Positions 39,836 to 50,687 of a DNA stretch of 64,000 nucleotides are shown in pieces; within the stretch, counting starts at the first letter, position 1; each line of letters starts with the position of its first letter. Under the pieces are notes generated by a model, which saw only the letters and a program-made list of their open reading frames with translations, had not been told where the DNA came from and did no database searches. Both the position numbers and the translations under genes were made by a program. Origin of the DNA: Candidatus Latescibacterota bacterium (lineage in GTDB: Bacteria; Latescibacterota; UBA2968; UBA8231); NCBI GenBank assembly GCA_965223905.1, contig CBDCXV010000011.1:2131908-2195907 (forward strand), written 5' to 3'.

Positions 39836-41029
39836 ATGATCCTTCCGCCTGCCCTTCTTCTGGCCGCGGCTCTCGCCGCCGCGGTCGCGGGGTGCAGCCA
39901 CACCGCCCCGTACTACCGGGCCGACGTCGCCGGCCGGGCGCTGCCCGGGGAGGACCTCGCTTTCCGCGTGATCCTGATCGGCGACGCCGGCGCCCCGCGT
40001 CCCGGGGAACCGGTGCTGGCGACCCTGAAGGCGTGGGCGCGCAGGGACTCCGACCGGACCCTGGTCGCCTTCCTGGGGGACAACGTCTACGAGGACGGCT
40101 TCTCGGGGGCGGACCGGCGCGACGAGGAGCGCCGCCTCGACCGCCAGCTCGACGCCCTCGAAGGATCGCCCGGGCTGCGGGGGCTGTTCATCCCGGGCAA
40201 CCACGACTGGGCCGGGAGCTCCGCAGCGGGGCTGGAGGCGGTGAAGGCGCAGCAGGCGTACGTCGAGCGCCGCCTGTCGCCGGGGAGCTTCCTGCCCCGG
40301 GACGGCCGCCCGGGGCCGGTGAAGATCGACCTGCCCGATTCCGCCGGCGCCGTGCTGCGGCTCGTCGCCATCGACACCCAGTGGTGGCTGCACGAAGAGC
40401 CGAAGCCGGCCTCCGACCGGGACGGGATCGTCGCCGGGCTCGTGCGCTGCCTGACGACGGAACTGCCGGTGGTCGTGCTCGCCCACCACCCGCTGGAGTC
40501 CGCCGGCAACCACGGCGGGTTCTTCGACTGGCGCGACTACCTGTTTCCGGCGACCCGGGCCACCGATGCCCCGTGGGCATGGCTGATCCCGGCGCCCCTG
40601 ATCTATCCGCTAGGGCGGAGGTTCACGCCGCTGGGGACGGAGCAGGACATCTTCGCGCCGGCCTACCGGGAGATGAAGGAGGATCTCCGGCGCGCCTCGC
40701 GGACGCGGGACGCCGACGGCAGGCTCCTCAAACCGCTCGCTTACGCCGCGGGGCACGACCACAACCTGCAGGTGATGGAGGGAGGGGAGTTCGCCGACTA
40801 CCTCGTCGTCAGCGGCGCCGGATCGGCGGTGAAGGCGCGCCCCGTCGGCGACCGGCCGCAGACCCTGTTCGCCCACGAGCACCCCGGCTTCATCCTCCTC
40901 GACGTGCTGGCCGACGGGTCGGTCTGGCTGCGGGTGGTCGAGCCCGTCTTCGACGAGGAGGGGCGGCAGCTCGACCCGGGGAGCGAGCCGGTGGCGTTCA
41001 CCCTGCGGCTTCGGGCCCGAGACCAGTAG
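39836..41029 (+). CDS. Calcineurin-like metallophosphoesterase lipoprotein
   Basis: Lipobox VAGC; IGDAG, LGDNVY, PGNHDW, AHHP, AGHDH. Confidence 0.88.
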   Translation: MILPPALLLAAALAAAVAGCSHTAPYYRADVAGRALPGEDLAFRVILIGDAGAPRPGEPVLATLKAWARRDSDRTLVAFLGDNVYEDGFSGADRRDEERRLDRQLDALEGSPGLRGLFIPGNHDWAGSSAAGLEAVKAQQAYVERRLSPGSFLPRDGRPGPVKIDLPDSAGAVLRLVAIDTQWWLHEEPKPASDRDGIVAGLVRCLTTELPVVVLAHHPLESAGNHGGFFDWRDYLFPATRATDAPWAWLIPAPLIYPLGRRFTPLGTEQDIFAPAYREMKEDLRRASRTRDADGRLLKPLAYAAGHDHNLQVMEGGEFADYLVVSGAGSAVKARPVGDRPQTLFAHEHPGFILLDVLADGSVWLRVVEPVFDEEGRQLDPGSEPVAFTLRLRARDQ

Positions 41030-41101
41030 CCCTTTCCGAGATGATCCGGCGCGCTGGGGACGGGGGTAGCCGGGGAGCAGAAGCCGGTCGCCCCGGCAGG
41101 C

Positions 41102-42109
41102 TCAGACAGGTTCTTCCGCGGTCTTCATCCAGGCCTTGATGCGCTCGTGCCCGAGCACCCCGGTGTTGAGCAGATGCCGCGGCCGCCTGCCGGCGATGAC
41201 ATCGGTAATCTGCGAGAAGGTCATGGCGTCGAGACGCATCACCGATTCGACGGTGATGCCGCCGTTGTGGTTGGTGCAGATGATGCGCGGGTGATCCTTG
41301 TGGCGCTCGCGCGGGCCGTTCACCGGGTCGTCCACCACGTAGTAGAACAGCTTCTCCTCACTGACGGCGCGGTTCACCGCCTCGTCGTCGACGAGGTTTC
41401 CCCGCGACGGGTTGATGAGGGAGGCGTGGGGCTGCATGGCGCAGAGCAGGTCCCAGGTGACGATGCAGTCGTCGCCGGCGACGTGGAGCGACACGGTGTC
41501 GCATTCCTCGAACAGCCGGCGCGGATCCTCCACGGCCTCGGCGCCGAACTGCGCGGCGAGGTCGGCGATGTCGGGGCGGATGTCGTACACCAGCAGTCTC
41601 CCGGTGTCGCCGAGCAGCGGTTTGGCGCGCAGGGCGACCTGCTGCCCGATGCGGCCGAACCCGTACAACCCGAGGGTCGATCCCTGCGCCTCGAAAGTCC
41701 GAATGATCGAGAAGTCGCCGCGGTGCGACAGGCGGTTCAGGGTGTAGGTGCGCTTGAGGGTCGCCATCCACTGGGCGATCGCGTACTCCGCCACGGTATC
41801 CATGTGGACGGGAGTGACGGCGACGGCGACTCCGAGCTCGGTGGCGACGTCGATCTGCACCTTGTCGAAGCCGACCCCCCAGCGCGCGATCAGGCGCAGG
41901 TCCTCCCCCTGCTCGTAGAACTCCCGGTGCACGAGGGCGGAGTCGGCGATCACGCCGATCACCCCGTTGACCTTGTCGGCGGTGAGGTCGCCGGTGTAGT
42001 CCTCGAGCTCGGCGATTTCGGCAAGCTTCTCCAGTCCCCGGCGGCGGGTATCGGAAGCGAACCCGTCGTTCCTGAAGATCTTGCTCAACAGCACTTTCTT
42101 CCTTGCCAT
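41102..42109 (-). CDS. D-isomer-specific 2-hydroxyacid dehydrogenase
   Basis: ARWGVGFD, GLYGFGRIG, INPSRG, TNHNGG. Confidence 0.85.
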   Translation of the reverse strand: MARKKVLLSKIFRNDGFASDTRRRGLEKLAEIAELEDYTGDLTADKVNGVIGVIADSALVHREFYEQGEDLRLIARWGVGFDKVQIDVATELGVAVAVTPVHMDTVAEYAIAQWMATLKRTYTLNRLSHRGDFSIIRTFEAQGSTLGLYGFGRIGQQVALRAKPLLGDTGRLLVYDIRPDIADLAAQFGAEAVEDPRRLFEECDTVSLHVAGDDCIVTWDLLCAMQPHASLINPSRGNLVDDEAVNRAVSEEKLFYYVVDDPVNGPRERHKDHPRIICTNHNGGITVESVMRLDAMTFSQITDVIAGRRPRHLLNTGVLGHERIKAWMKTAEEPV

Positions 42110-42327
42110 GAGTCTCCCTTTGGTATTGCGCCTTTGGTTGCAGGTTGCATACGCTAAACGGCCGGTGAAATTCGCCTTGCAGGCGAGGCCGGGCAACAGC
42201 ATCCGGTCGCCCGAACCGCCCTTTCGGAGAGGTAGCCAGGGGCCGGACGCCGGCAGGATGGAAGGCCCGACGCCCTGACATGGGCGCAGGATAATCCCGC
42301 CACTCAACCCGAACCGAGGATGACGAC

Positions 42328-43422
42328 ATGACTGCGGAAACTCGCGGCACCGCTTTCGTATACGTGGGCACGTACACCAACGGCGACGACGGCATCTACC
42401 GCTATCGCATGGACCTGGAGACCGGGGCCCTCGAGCCCGCCGGCACCACGCCGGCCTACAACCCGTTCTTCCTCCTGGCGGACCGCAGCGGGAAGCTCCT
42501 CTACGCGACGGTCTCGCGGGATGACGGGGAAGACGAAGCCTACATCGAGGGAGAGGTCGCCGCCTACGCCATCGAGCCGTCCGGCGAGCTGACCCTGCTC
42601 AACACGGAGCGCGCCCACGGCGCCTTCCCCTGTTACCTCGAGCTCGACCGCGCGCAGCGCCACCTGCTCGTCGGCAACTACAACTCCGGCAGCGTTGCCG
42701 TGCTCCCGGTGGCCGAGGACGGGCGTCTGGGCGCGGCCACCGACGTCGTGCAGCACAGCGGCTCCGGCGTCAACGAGGAGCGCCAGGAGGGACCGCACGT
42801 CCACTCCATCGTCCTCGACCCGGCCGAGCGCTTCGCGTACGCCGCCGACCTCGGCATCGACAGGCATATGATCTATGCCTTCGACGCCGGCGCGGGGAAG
42901 CTGACGCCGGCGGCCCAGCCGTGGGCCAAGGCCGCTCCCGGGGCGGGCCCGCGGCACTTCGCCTTTGACCCGGACGGAGCGCGCGCCTACCTGCTCAACG
43001 AGCTCGACGGCACCGTGACCCTCTTCGACTTCGACGCCGACAGCGGCGGCCTGAGCGAACGCCAGACGATTTCCACGCTGCCGGCCGATTTCGCCGACGA
43101 GAACTGCGCCGCGGACCTGAGCATCCCGCCGCCGGGCGACTTCCTCTACTGCACCAACCGCGGCCACGACAGCATCGCCGTGTTCGCCATCGACAGGGAG
43201 ACCGGGCTGCTGACCTTCATCGCCCACGAGCCGGCGCAGGGGAGCTGGCCGTGGAACCTCGAGATCGACCCGGCGGGCCGATTCATGCTGGCGGCCAACT
43301 ACGAGAGCGACAGCGTCGCGGTGTGGCGGATCGATCCCGGGACCGGGAGGCTGATCCCGGCCGGGCAGGGGGCGGAGGCGCCGAAACCTACGGGCGTGGT
43401 CATGGCCCCGGCGGCAGGGTAG
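42328..43422 (+). CDS. Lactonase family (6-phosphogluconolactonase-like) beta-propeller
   Basis: YVGTYT, RQEGPHVH, ADLGID, GAGPRH, NRGHDSI. Confidence 0.9.
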   Translation: MTAETRGTAFVYVGTYTNGDDGIYRYRMDLETGALEPAGTTPAYNPFFLLADRSGKLLYATVSRDDGEDEAYIEGEVAAYAIEPSGELTLLNTERAHGAFPCYLELDRAQRHLLVGNYNSGSVAVLPVAEDGRLGAATDVVQHSGSGVNEERQEGPHVHSIVLDPAERFAYAADLGIDRHMIYAFDAGAGKLTPAAQPWAKAAPGAGPRHFAFDPDGARAYLLNELDGTVTLFDFDADSGGLSERQTISTLPADFADENCAADLSIPPPGDFLYCTNRGHDSIAVFAIDRETGLLTFIAHEPAQGSWPWNLEIDPAGRFMLAANYESDSVAVWRIDPGTGRLIPAGQGAEAPKPTGVVMAPAAG

Positions 43423-43516
43423 GGGGAGAGGGCGGCAGTCGCGAAGGGCTTGGTTTTGCAGGGGCTATTGCGGCAATGATTGAGTTCGTCTGAATTGAGG
43501 GTAGAAAGACTGAATC

Positions 43517-44720
43517 GTGAGCACAGGAGAACGTGGACAATACTCAAGGCCTCGTCTTCACTGGGCTACTTCTACCAGTGCAGGTACGCGCTGCTTGAGG
43601 CGTTGCGCCGTTTGCCGAAGGGCGACCGCATCAGCATCGGAATCGAGACGCTCGATGATGTCGTGTTCGAGACCCACGATTCTGCGGTCCAGGTTCTCCA
43701 GACCAAGCATCACATTAATGCTCACGCTAGTCTTTCCGACGCATCGCCTGACTTGTGGAAAACACTGCGGATCTGGATTGATGGACAATCTGGCGGGAAC
43801 ATTCCGCAGAATGCCCAGTTCTTCCTCATCACCACGGCTGTGTGCAACGACGGTACTGCGGCTTCCTACCTCCGCCCGTGGGGGCGGGACGAAGTGAAAG
43901 CGTTGGAACGTCTGGCCGCGACCGCTTCCACGTCCAAAAGCGAAACCAATTCCCCTGCCTATCGAGCCTTTCTTTCAATGAAGGCGGAGGGGCGCGAGCT
44001 CCTTGTGAACTCCATAGCAGTCCTCGATGGTTCGCCATCAATCGACCAGTTGGACAACCAACTGCAACAGGCAGTGTTCTACGCTGTCGAGCGGAGGTTC
44101 CTGGACTCCTACCTTCAGCGTCTCGAAGGTTGGTGGTTTGGACGAGTCGTGAAGCATCTCCTGGATGACAACGCAGGCCCGATAATCGGTGAGGAACTTG
44201 AGGCCGAAGCAAGCCGCATTCGGGAGCAATTCAAAGAAGACAACTTCCCCGTTGACGATGACATTATGCGGGAGACCGTTGACGCAATTGGTTACTTGGA
44301 GAAGACCTTCGTAGAGCAGCTCAAGCTGATTGACGTTAATCACAACAGAGTGGTCCACGCCATCAGAAACTACTACCGGGCCTTTGAGCAGCGTTCCCGT
44401 TGGATGCGCGAGGACCTCTTGTATGTGAGGGAACTTGAACGCTACGAGGAGCGGCTGATCGAGGAGTGGAACCTCATGTTCGAGCAGATGCGCGACGAAC
44501 TTGGCGAGGCCGCTGCCGAGAAGGCAAAATCCGTGCTGCGCAGAACCTCTATAAGTGGGTGGAAATGGGCACGCACGCTGTTATAAGGCCCGCTGTCACG
44601 GAACCTGCCATCGCCCGAGGAACGTACCAGATGCTGGCGGACGATCTCCGGGTCGGATGGCATCTGGAATTTCGCGAACGGCTCCAGGCTCTGCTAGCAG
44701 GAACGGAGGCCAGCCGATGA
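43517..44720 (+). pseudogene. lmuA: Lamassu LmuA / ABC-3C effector (DUF4297/Cap4-like nuclease plus CTD), frameshifted
   Basis: SLGYFYQ...IETLDDV...LQTKHH...DLWKTL nuclease; CTD FVEQLKLI...YYRAFEQRSRW...RGTYQMLAD...GWH. Frame breaks near 43547 and near 44528 (A-run). Confidence 0.75.
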
Positions 44721-45214
44721 AACCCTGGAAAGAACGAACTCGTGAAGAAGCGCATCTGCTGAATCCTGCGTTCTGCTGTGTAACCATCACCTCAGCGTGT
44801 GCCGGTTACAGCGAATCAAATAGCCAACCGTTGCCGTTTGCCTTGGCCTTCATGGTCCTTCCAATCGTTCTGCACAAGCACACGAGGGAGACCCTACCTC
44901 TCAATACACGCACCTCAATACCCGCCTGGTTGCAGGAGCATGCCGAAGCCAGGCTTGGATTTCACCAACGACTCATTGCACTCGAACCTCATACTAGAGA
45001 GGCCCTGCGCTACGGACTGGCCTTCGACTGGATTGCCATGGGTAACTCAGGGGGCGTCCAATGTGTTGCCACAGATGCGTTTGTTAATCGGACGATCCGG
45101 TCTTTGGACGGAGATGCTCATGACTGTGTGTCACGCGCCCGATTCCTGGGCAGATGGCTCCGCAAAACGGCTTCCACAGAAACAACCATGGCACTTTGGG
45201 GGATCCGGCCTTGA
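44717..45214 (+). CDS. lmuC: ABC-3C middle component / LmuC
   Basis: [10 protein letters not shown]...VLPIVLH...LP...WGIRP; ATGA and TTGA overlaps with neighbours. Confidence 0.82.
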   Translation: MKPWKERTREEAHLLNPAFCCVTITSACAGYSESNSQPLPFALAFMVLPIVLHKHTRETLPLNTRTSIPAWLQEHAEARLGFHQRLIALEPHTREALRYGLAFDWIAMGNSGGVQCVATDAFVNRTIRSLDGDAHDCVSRARFLGRWLRKTASTETTMALWGIRP

Positions 45215-47187
45215 GCTTTCAAATCAGAGACATAGTCCTCTATGGACACAACGGCGAGATGCGACGACTGGAGTTTGCTCCCGGCAGGCTCAACATCATC
45301 ACCGGGGCGTCCAAGACGGGCAAGACGGCGCTTATTGCGATTCTCGAATACTGCTTCGGTTCCACCGAGTGCCAAATCCCGGATGGCATCATGCGTCGCG
45401 CTGTCGCCTGGGCAGGTGTGAGGCTGGCGGTTCCGGAGGGAGATGTCTTTATCGCTAGACGCCTTCCCGCTCCAGGGCGTAATTCGTCGTTCGAGGTTCA
45501 CTACACCGTGGGAAACCAAATCGCTTTGCCGGACACGGATCAGCTCATGCAGACGACCAACCCGGATAGTCTCCAAGGATTGCTTGCAGCCCACGCGGGA
45601 ATTAGACAGAACCGCCATGACCCGCCGCATGGACAGACACGCCTTCCCTTGCAGGCTGGAATTGACCATGCGCTGATCTACTGCTTCCAGCATCAGACGG
45701 AGATTGACAGCAATCGTCACCTCTTTCACAGGCAGAGCGAACAATGGCTGCCACAGGCCATAAAGGACACAATGCCCTATTTCCTCGGGGCAGTAACTGA
45801 CGATTATGTTGCTCGCATGGACGAGCTGCGCCGGCTCCGCCGCCAACTCGGAAGAATTCGGCGCGAGCTGGAAGAGTATGAAGCCGTGAGAGGCCAGGGT
45901 GTCACTGTTGCACAAAGGCTTCTTTCGGAAGCGACAGACCTTGGTTTGCGCACCGACCAGCCCTTTCCTGAAACGTGGGAGGCTTGTCTTGAAGCACTCG
46001 GGGCACTGAACCGTACAGGTTCTTTCCCGGAGGAAGAAGAAGAGGTTGCGGCCGAAGGGGATGAGTTCCGTCGACTACAGGTGGAACGAGATGAGATCAC
46101 ACAGGAGTTGCGAATCGTCCGAGATCAGCTTGACGCCGCAAGGACACTGTCATCGGACCGCCACGGGTTCTCCCAAGAAGCAACGGCCCAGAGCAACCGA
46201 CTGAAAAGCATCGCACTGTTTACCACTACCACCCAAGAGGACGAACACAACCGAACGAGTTGCCCGTTGTGTCAGTCCTCGCTGCCAAGTAGTGAAGTAC
46301 CTCCCTCCATACAAGAAATCCAAGTATCGCTTGAAAGGCTCGACGACCAGATTCGTCACATCGAGGAGCGGAATCCGCAAATGGAGGCCTTATTGGCTTC
46401 GCTCGAAGAAAAACAGGCCGATGCCAAATCTCGTATGCGGGACAATCGTGAGAAACTCGAAGCGATCCAACGAGAAAACGAAAGGCTGCAAGATTACAGA
46501 GACCGCAACGCCAGAAGAGCCCATATCCTGGGCAGAATCAGTCTGTACCTCGAGAGTGTCCCTCAGCTTGAAGATGGGAGTGACCTGCAGCGACAGATTG
46601 CCGATCTGCAAGCACGGGCAGACAGATTGGAAGAGGAATTGAGCGACAATTTGGTTCAGGAGCGCGTTCAATCAATACTGTCGATCATCTCCCGTAATAT
46701 GAGCACTTGGGCTTCGGACCTCGATTTGGAACACGCCCAATTCCCGCTACGCCTCGATCTCCGGCGACTAACCGTGGTTGCCGACGGCACGGACGGCCCA
46801 ATTCCGATGGAGCGCATGGGGAGCGGTGAAAACTGGGTTGGTTATCATCTCATCACGCACCTTGCACTACACCGCTGGTTTGTCGAACGAAACCGTCCTG
46901 TCCCTCGTTTCCTCTTTATCGATCAACCATCCCAGGTATACTTCCCGGAAGACGAGGACTGGCAGCAGCAGGAGAATGGAACGGGAGGCATAGGCGAGGA
47001 CAGGGAAAAAGTGAAAGGCATGTACCGATTGGCCCACGAGTTTGTGGAGGACCTTGGGGGACAGTTTCAGGTGATTGTTACGGACCACGCGAATATCAAC
47101 GAACCGTGGTTTCAGGACCGTGTGGTTGAGCGCTGGCGAGAAGGAAGGAAACTGATACCACCTGAATGGGACGCTATCCCTGAATGA
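45211..47187 (+). CDS. lmuB: SMC-like ABC ATPase (DUF3732) / LmuB
   Basis: Walker [11 protein letters not shown], coiled coil with CPLC hook, MGSGENW, Walker [15 protein letters not shown]. Confidence 0.85.
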   Translation: MSFQIRDIVLYGHNGEMRRLEFAPGRLNIITGASKTGKTALIAILEYCFGSTECQIPDGIMRRAVAWAGVRLAVPEGDVFIARRLPAPGRNSSFEVHYTVGNQIALPDTDQLMQTTNPDSLQGLLAAHAGIRQNRHDPPHGQTRLPLQAGIDHALIYCFQHQTEIDSNRHLFHRQSEQWLPQAIKDTMPYFLGAVTDDYVARMDELRRLRRQLGRIRRELEEYEAVRGQGVTVAQRLLSEATDLGLRTDQPFPETWEACLEALGALNRTGSFPEEEEEVAAEGDEFRRLQVERDEITQELRIVRDQLDAARTLSSDRHGFSQEATAQSNRLKSIALFTTTTQEDEHNRTSCPLCQSSLPSSEVPPSIQEIQVSLERLDDQIRHIEERNPQMEALLASLEEKQADAKSRMRDNREKLEAIQRENERLQDYRDRNARRAHILGRISLYLESVPQLEDGSDLQRQIADLQARADRLEEELSDNLVQERVQSILSIISRNMSTWASDLDLEHAQFPLRLDLRRLTVVADGTDGPIPMERMGSGENWVGYHLITHLALHRWFVERNRPVPRFLFIDQPSQVYFPEDEDWQQQENGTGGIGEDREKVKGMYRLAHEFVEDLGGQFQVIVTDHANINEPWFQDRVVERWREGRKLIPPEWDAIPE

Positions 47188-47282
47188 AGATCAGCCCGAC
47201 GGACAAAGTGCCTTCGCTCCTCATGCTGTACAAGGGCTCGGGGCCATAACACAAGAACAGGAACTGTCGAAGGGCCCATGAA

Positions 47283-50200
47283 ATGAATCAGAGCACCTCG
47301 GTCTATAAGGCACTGCAGGACTTCGCCGCCGCGGTGACAGCCAAAATGACGCAGGTCACGGCCGGCGAGCCCGAGGACCAAGTGCGCGGTCCGTTCGAAA
47401 CCTTCATGGCCGCTGCGGCCCGCGTTCACGGCGAGAACGTGGTCTGCACCGGCGAAACTCCCCTGCCCGACCGTCTCGGCCGCCCGGATTACGCCGTTCA
47501 TCGCAACCAGTTGCTCGCCGGATACGTCGAGCTCAAGGCCCCTGGCACCGGCGCGACAGCCACCCGTTTCAAAGACCGAAACCGCGATCAGTTCAACCGC
47601 TTCTCTGCTACGCCCAACATCCTCTACACCGACGGCAACGAGTGGGCGCTCTACCGCAACGGCGAACTGGTCGACAAGGTGGTTCGTCTGGCAGGCGATG
47701 TCGCCGCTGACGGCAGGAAGGCCGCCGCGTTCCAGGACGCCCGGGCGGTCGAGCGTCTCTTGCGCGATTTCCTCTCTTGGGAACCGATCATTCCCAGGGA
47801 CCGAAACGGCAAGATCGACCTCAGGGGATTCGCCGCGCTGCTGGCGCCGCTGTGCCGCATGTTGCGCGACGACGTGACGGACGCACTCAAAGACCCGGCG
47901 TCTCCGCTCGTGCAGCTTGCGGGAGACTGGCGGCAACTGCTCTTCCCGGATGCCTCCGACGAGCAGTTCGCCGACGCCTACGCCCAGACCGTCACCTTCG
48001 CCCTGCTGCTGGGCTGCAGCGAGGGGGCCGATCCCCTCACCCTTGAAAGCGCGAGAGATGCCCTCGCCGCACAGCACAACCTGCTGTCGCGGGCGCTGCA
48101 AGTTCTGACGGACCCCGGCGCCCGCGCCGATATCGCCGCTTCCCTCGACCTGCTGCTGCGCGTGATCGATGTCGTGACGCCTGCCACGCTCACCGGTCCC
48201 GAGGATCCTTGGCTCTATTTCTACGAAGACTTCCTTGCCGTCTACGATCCCAGGCTGCGCAAGGACGCCGGGGCCTACTACACCCCGATCGAGGTCGTCC
48301 GCGCCCAGGTGCGCCTGATCGACGATCTGCTCGTCCGCCGTCTCGGCAAACCGCTCGGTTTCGCCGATCCCGGCGTCGTCACGCTCGATCCCGCCGTGGG
48401 AACCGGAACCTATCTGCTCGGCGTCATCGAACACGCCCTCGGCCGCGTCAAAGAAGAGCAAGGCGCCGGAGCGGTCGCCGGACAAGCCACCGCGCTGGCT
48501 CAAAATCTCTACGGCTTCGAGCTACTGGTCGGCCCTTACGCGGTTAGCGAGCTGCGTGTCAGCCGTGCCCTGCGCGATGACGGCGCGGCACTGCCCGCCG
48601 ACGGTACGCACATCTACCTGACCGACACCCTCGAAAGCCCCGACGCCAAACCTCCGCAGATGCCGTTCATTCTGCTGCCCATCGCCGAGCAACACAGAAA
48701 GGCGCTCGCAATCAAGAGCGCGGTCCCGGTCATCGTCTGCCTGGGCAATCCCCCCTACGACCGGCACGATGCGATGGATACGGAAAGCGAGGCCAATCTT
48801 TCCCAGTATGGCGGATGGGTTCGATTCGGTGACCCTTTGCCTGACAACGTGGTCAAGGATAGAAGGGGCAGAGACAGGGGGCTCAGGACCGCCGAGGCCA
48901 GGCTGGAAAGAAGACAGCAACTCGCCATTCTGAAGGATTTCCTCGACCCTGCCACCGCCGCTGGCCACGGCGTCCACGTCAAGAACCTCTACAACCTCTA
49001 CGTCTATTTCTGGCGCTGGGCGCTGTGGAAGGTCTTCGAGCACGAGACCGCCACCGGCCCCGGAATCGTCAGCTTCATCAGCGCCTCGAGCTACCTCGAC
49101 GGCGACGCATTCTCTGGGATGCGCGAACATATACGTCGGCAGTGCGACGAAATCTGGATCCTCGATCTCGGAGGGGAGGGACGCGGCACGCGCCAGGATG
49201 GCAATGTCTTTACGATCCAGACTCCCGTCGCCATTTCGGTGGCTTTCCGTGCGAAGGAGGCGGAAACAGATAAACCCGCGAAAGTTCACCATGCCCGCAT
49301 CGAGGGGACGCGCGCTGAGAAACTCGCCGTGCTTGACGCTGTCGAGGGCTTTGCGAATGCGAAAGTGGAATGGCAGGATTGCCCGGACGCTTGGCAGGCT
49401 CCGTTTCGCCCGGCGGGCAAGGGGCATTACTTCGATTGGCCGCTGCTGACCGACCTGATGCCGTGGCAGCATTCGGGAGCACAGATCAAACGGACCTGGC
49501 CGATTGCACCGGACGCGGAAACGCTCGAACGACGTTGGCGGGCTTTGCTCGCGTCTCCAGGCTCGACGGACTTGGCGAAGTCATTCAAGGAGACACGCGA
49601 TCGAAAAATCAACTCCCTGTGTTCTCCCCTATTTGAGGGCGATGGAGCGGAAGTGCCCATCGTCGAACTTCCTCAGGATGCTCCAATCCCGCACGTAGTG
49701 CGCTACTCCTATCGCTCATTCGACCGCCAATGGTTCATCGCCGATACGCGCTTGGGCGATTTTCTACGCCCCGACCTGTGGCGCGCCCACGGCGAACGGC
49801 AGGTGTATTTGACGAGCCTGCTGACCAAATTCCTTGGAGCAGGACCGGCACTTACGGCCTGCGCAACAATCCCCGACTTGGACCATTTCTCAGGACGCGG
49901 CGCAAAGGACACGATTCCCCTCTACCGCGCCGCCGACGCCTCTCAGGGGAACATTACCCCTGGCCTGCTCGAAATCCTCGGTGCGGCATACCGGCGCGAC
50001 GTCACACCCGAAGATTTCGTCGCCTACCTCTACGGCACGCTAGCACAACCAGCCTTCACCGTGCGGTTCGAGACGGAGTTGGAAACACGCCAACTGCGCC
50101 TGCCCATCACCAAGGACGCGGCGCTGTTCGAGCAGATCCGCGACGCCGGAGCACAGCTGCTGTGGCTGCACACTTACGGTGAGCGTTTCGTCCCCGTGAA

Positions 50201-50681
50201 ACAGACTCGGGGCCGCGTTCCGCCCAGCGCGGCAAAGTGCGTTAAGGCCGTTCCCGGCAACGCTGACGCTTACCCCGAAACTTTCGATTACAACGACGAG
50301 ACACGGACCCTCCGCGTCGGAGAAGGGGAGTTCGCACCAGTCGCACCGGAGGTGTACGAGTTCGAGGTCTCCGGCCTCAAGGTCGTCCAGTCCTGGCTCA
50401 AGTACCGGATGAAGAATGGGGCCGGAAGGAAATCGTCTCCCCTTGACGACGTCCGTCCCGAACGCTGGACAAGCCAGTTCACCTCCGAATTGCTGGGTTT
50501 GCTCTGGGTGTTGGAGGCGACAGTGAAGAGCTATCCCCAACAGGAGCGCCTGCTCGAAGCCATCGTCTCGGGGGATTGCTTCCGAGCCGACGAACTACCG
50601 CGGGTTCCGGAGGTAATGCGCAAGCCGCCCAAGACACAGACCATCAATAGCAGCTTGTTTGACACGGAGTACGGTCTTTAA
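47283..50681 (+). CDS. Fused restriction-modification enzyme (type IIG; N6-MTase plus type ISP-like C-terminal specificity domain)
   Basis: PD..ELK nuclease (GRPDY...YVELK), GAYYTP, LDPAVGTGTY, GNPPY, YSYRSFDRQW; no helicase motifs seen. Confidence 0.85.
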   Translation: MNQSTSVYKALQDFAAAVTAKMTQVTAGEPEDQVRGPFETFMAAAARVHGENVVCTGETPLPDRLGRPDYAVHRNQLLAGYVELKAPGTGATATRFKDRNRDQFNRFSATPNILYTDGNEWALYRNGELVDKVVRLAGDVAADGRKAAAFQDARAVERLLRDFLSWEPIIPRDRNGKIDLRGFAALLAPLCRMLRDDVTDALKDPASPLVQLAGDWRQLLFPDASDEQFADAYAQTVTFALLLGCSEGADPLTLESARDALAAQHNLLSRALQVLTDPGARADIAASLDLLLRVIDVVTPATLTGPEDPWLYFYEDFLAVYDPRLRKDAGAYYTPIEVVRAQVRLIDDLLVRRLGKPLGFADPGVVTLDPAVGTGTYLLGVIEHALGRVKEEQGAGAVAGQATALAQNLYGFELLVGPYAVSELRVSRALRDDGAALPADGTHIYLTDTLESPDAKPPQMPFILLPIAEQHRKALAIKSAVPVIVCLGNPPYDRHDAMDTESEANLSQYGGWVRFGDPLPDNVVKDRRGRDRGLRTAEARLERRQQLAILKDFLDPATAAGHGVHVKNLYNLYVYFWRWALWKVFEHETATGPGIVSFISASSYLDGDAFSGMREHIRRQCDEIWILDLGGEGRGTRQDGNVFTIQTPVAISVAFRAKEAETDKPAKVHHARIEGTRAEKLAVLDAVEGFANAKVEWQDCPDAWQAPFRPAGKGHYFDWPLLTDLMPWQHSGAQIKRTWPIAPDAETLERRWRALLASPGSTDLAKSFKETRDRKINSLCSPLFEGDGAEVPIVELPQDAPIPHVVRYSYRSFDRQWFIADTRLGDFLRPDLWRAHGERQVYLTSLLTKFLGAGPALTACATIPDLDHFSGRGAKDTIPLYRAADASQGNITPGLLEILGAAYRRDVTPEDFVAYLYGTLAQPAFTVRFETELETRQLRLPITKDAALFEQIRDAGAQLLWLHTYGERFVPVKQTRGRVPPSAAKCVKAVPGNADAYPETFDYNDETRTLRVGEGEFAPVAPEVYEFEVSGLKVVQSWLKYRMKNGAGRKSSPLDDVRPERWTSQFTSELLGLLWVLEATVKSYPQQERLLEAIVSGDCFRADELPRVPEVMRKPPKTQTINSSLFDTEYGL

Positions 50682-50687
50682 GGGAAT

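Noticed and set aside
42210-42245. Shared CCGAACCGCCCTT motif with about 58614 as an att site or dispersed repeat
   Set aside because: Only 13 bp in GC-rich DNA, no integrase nearby, and it does not match the island boundary.
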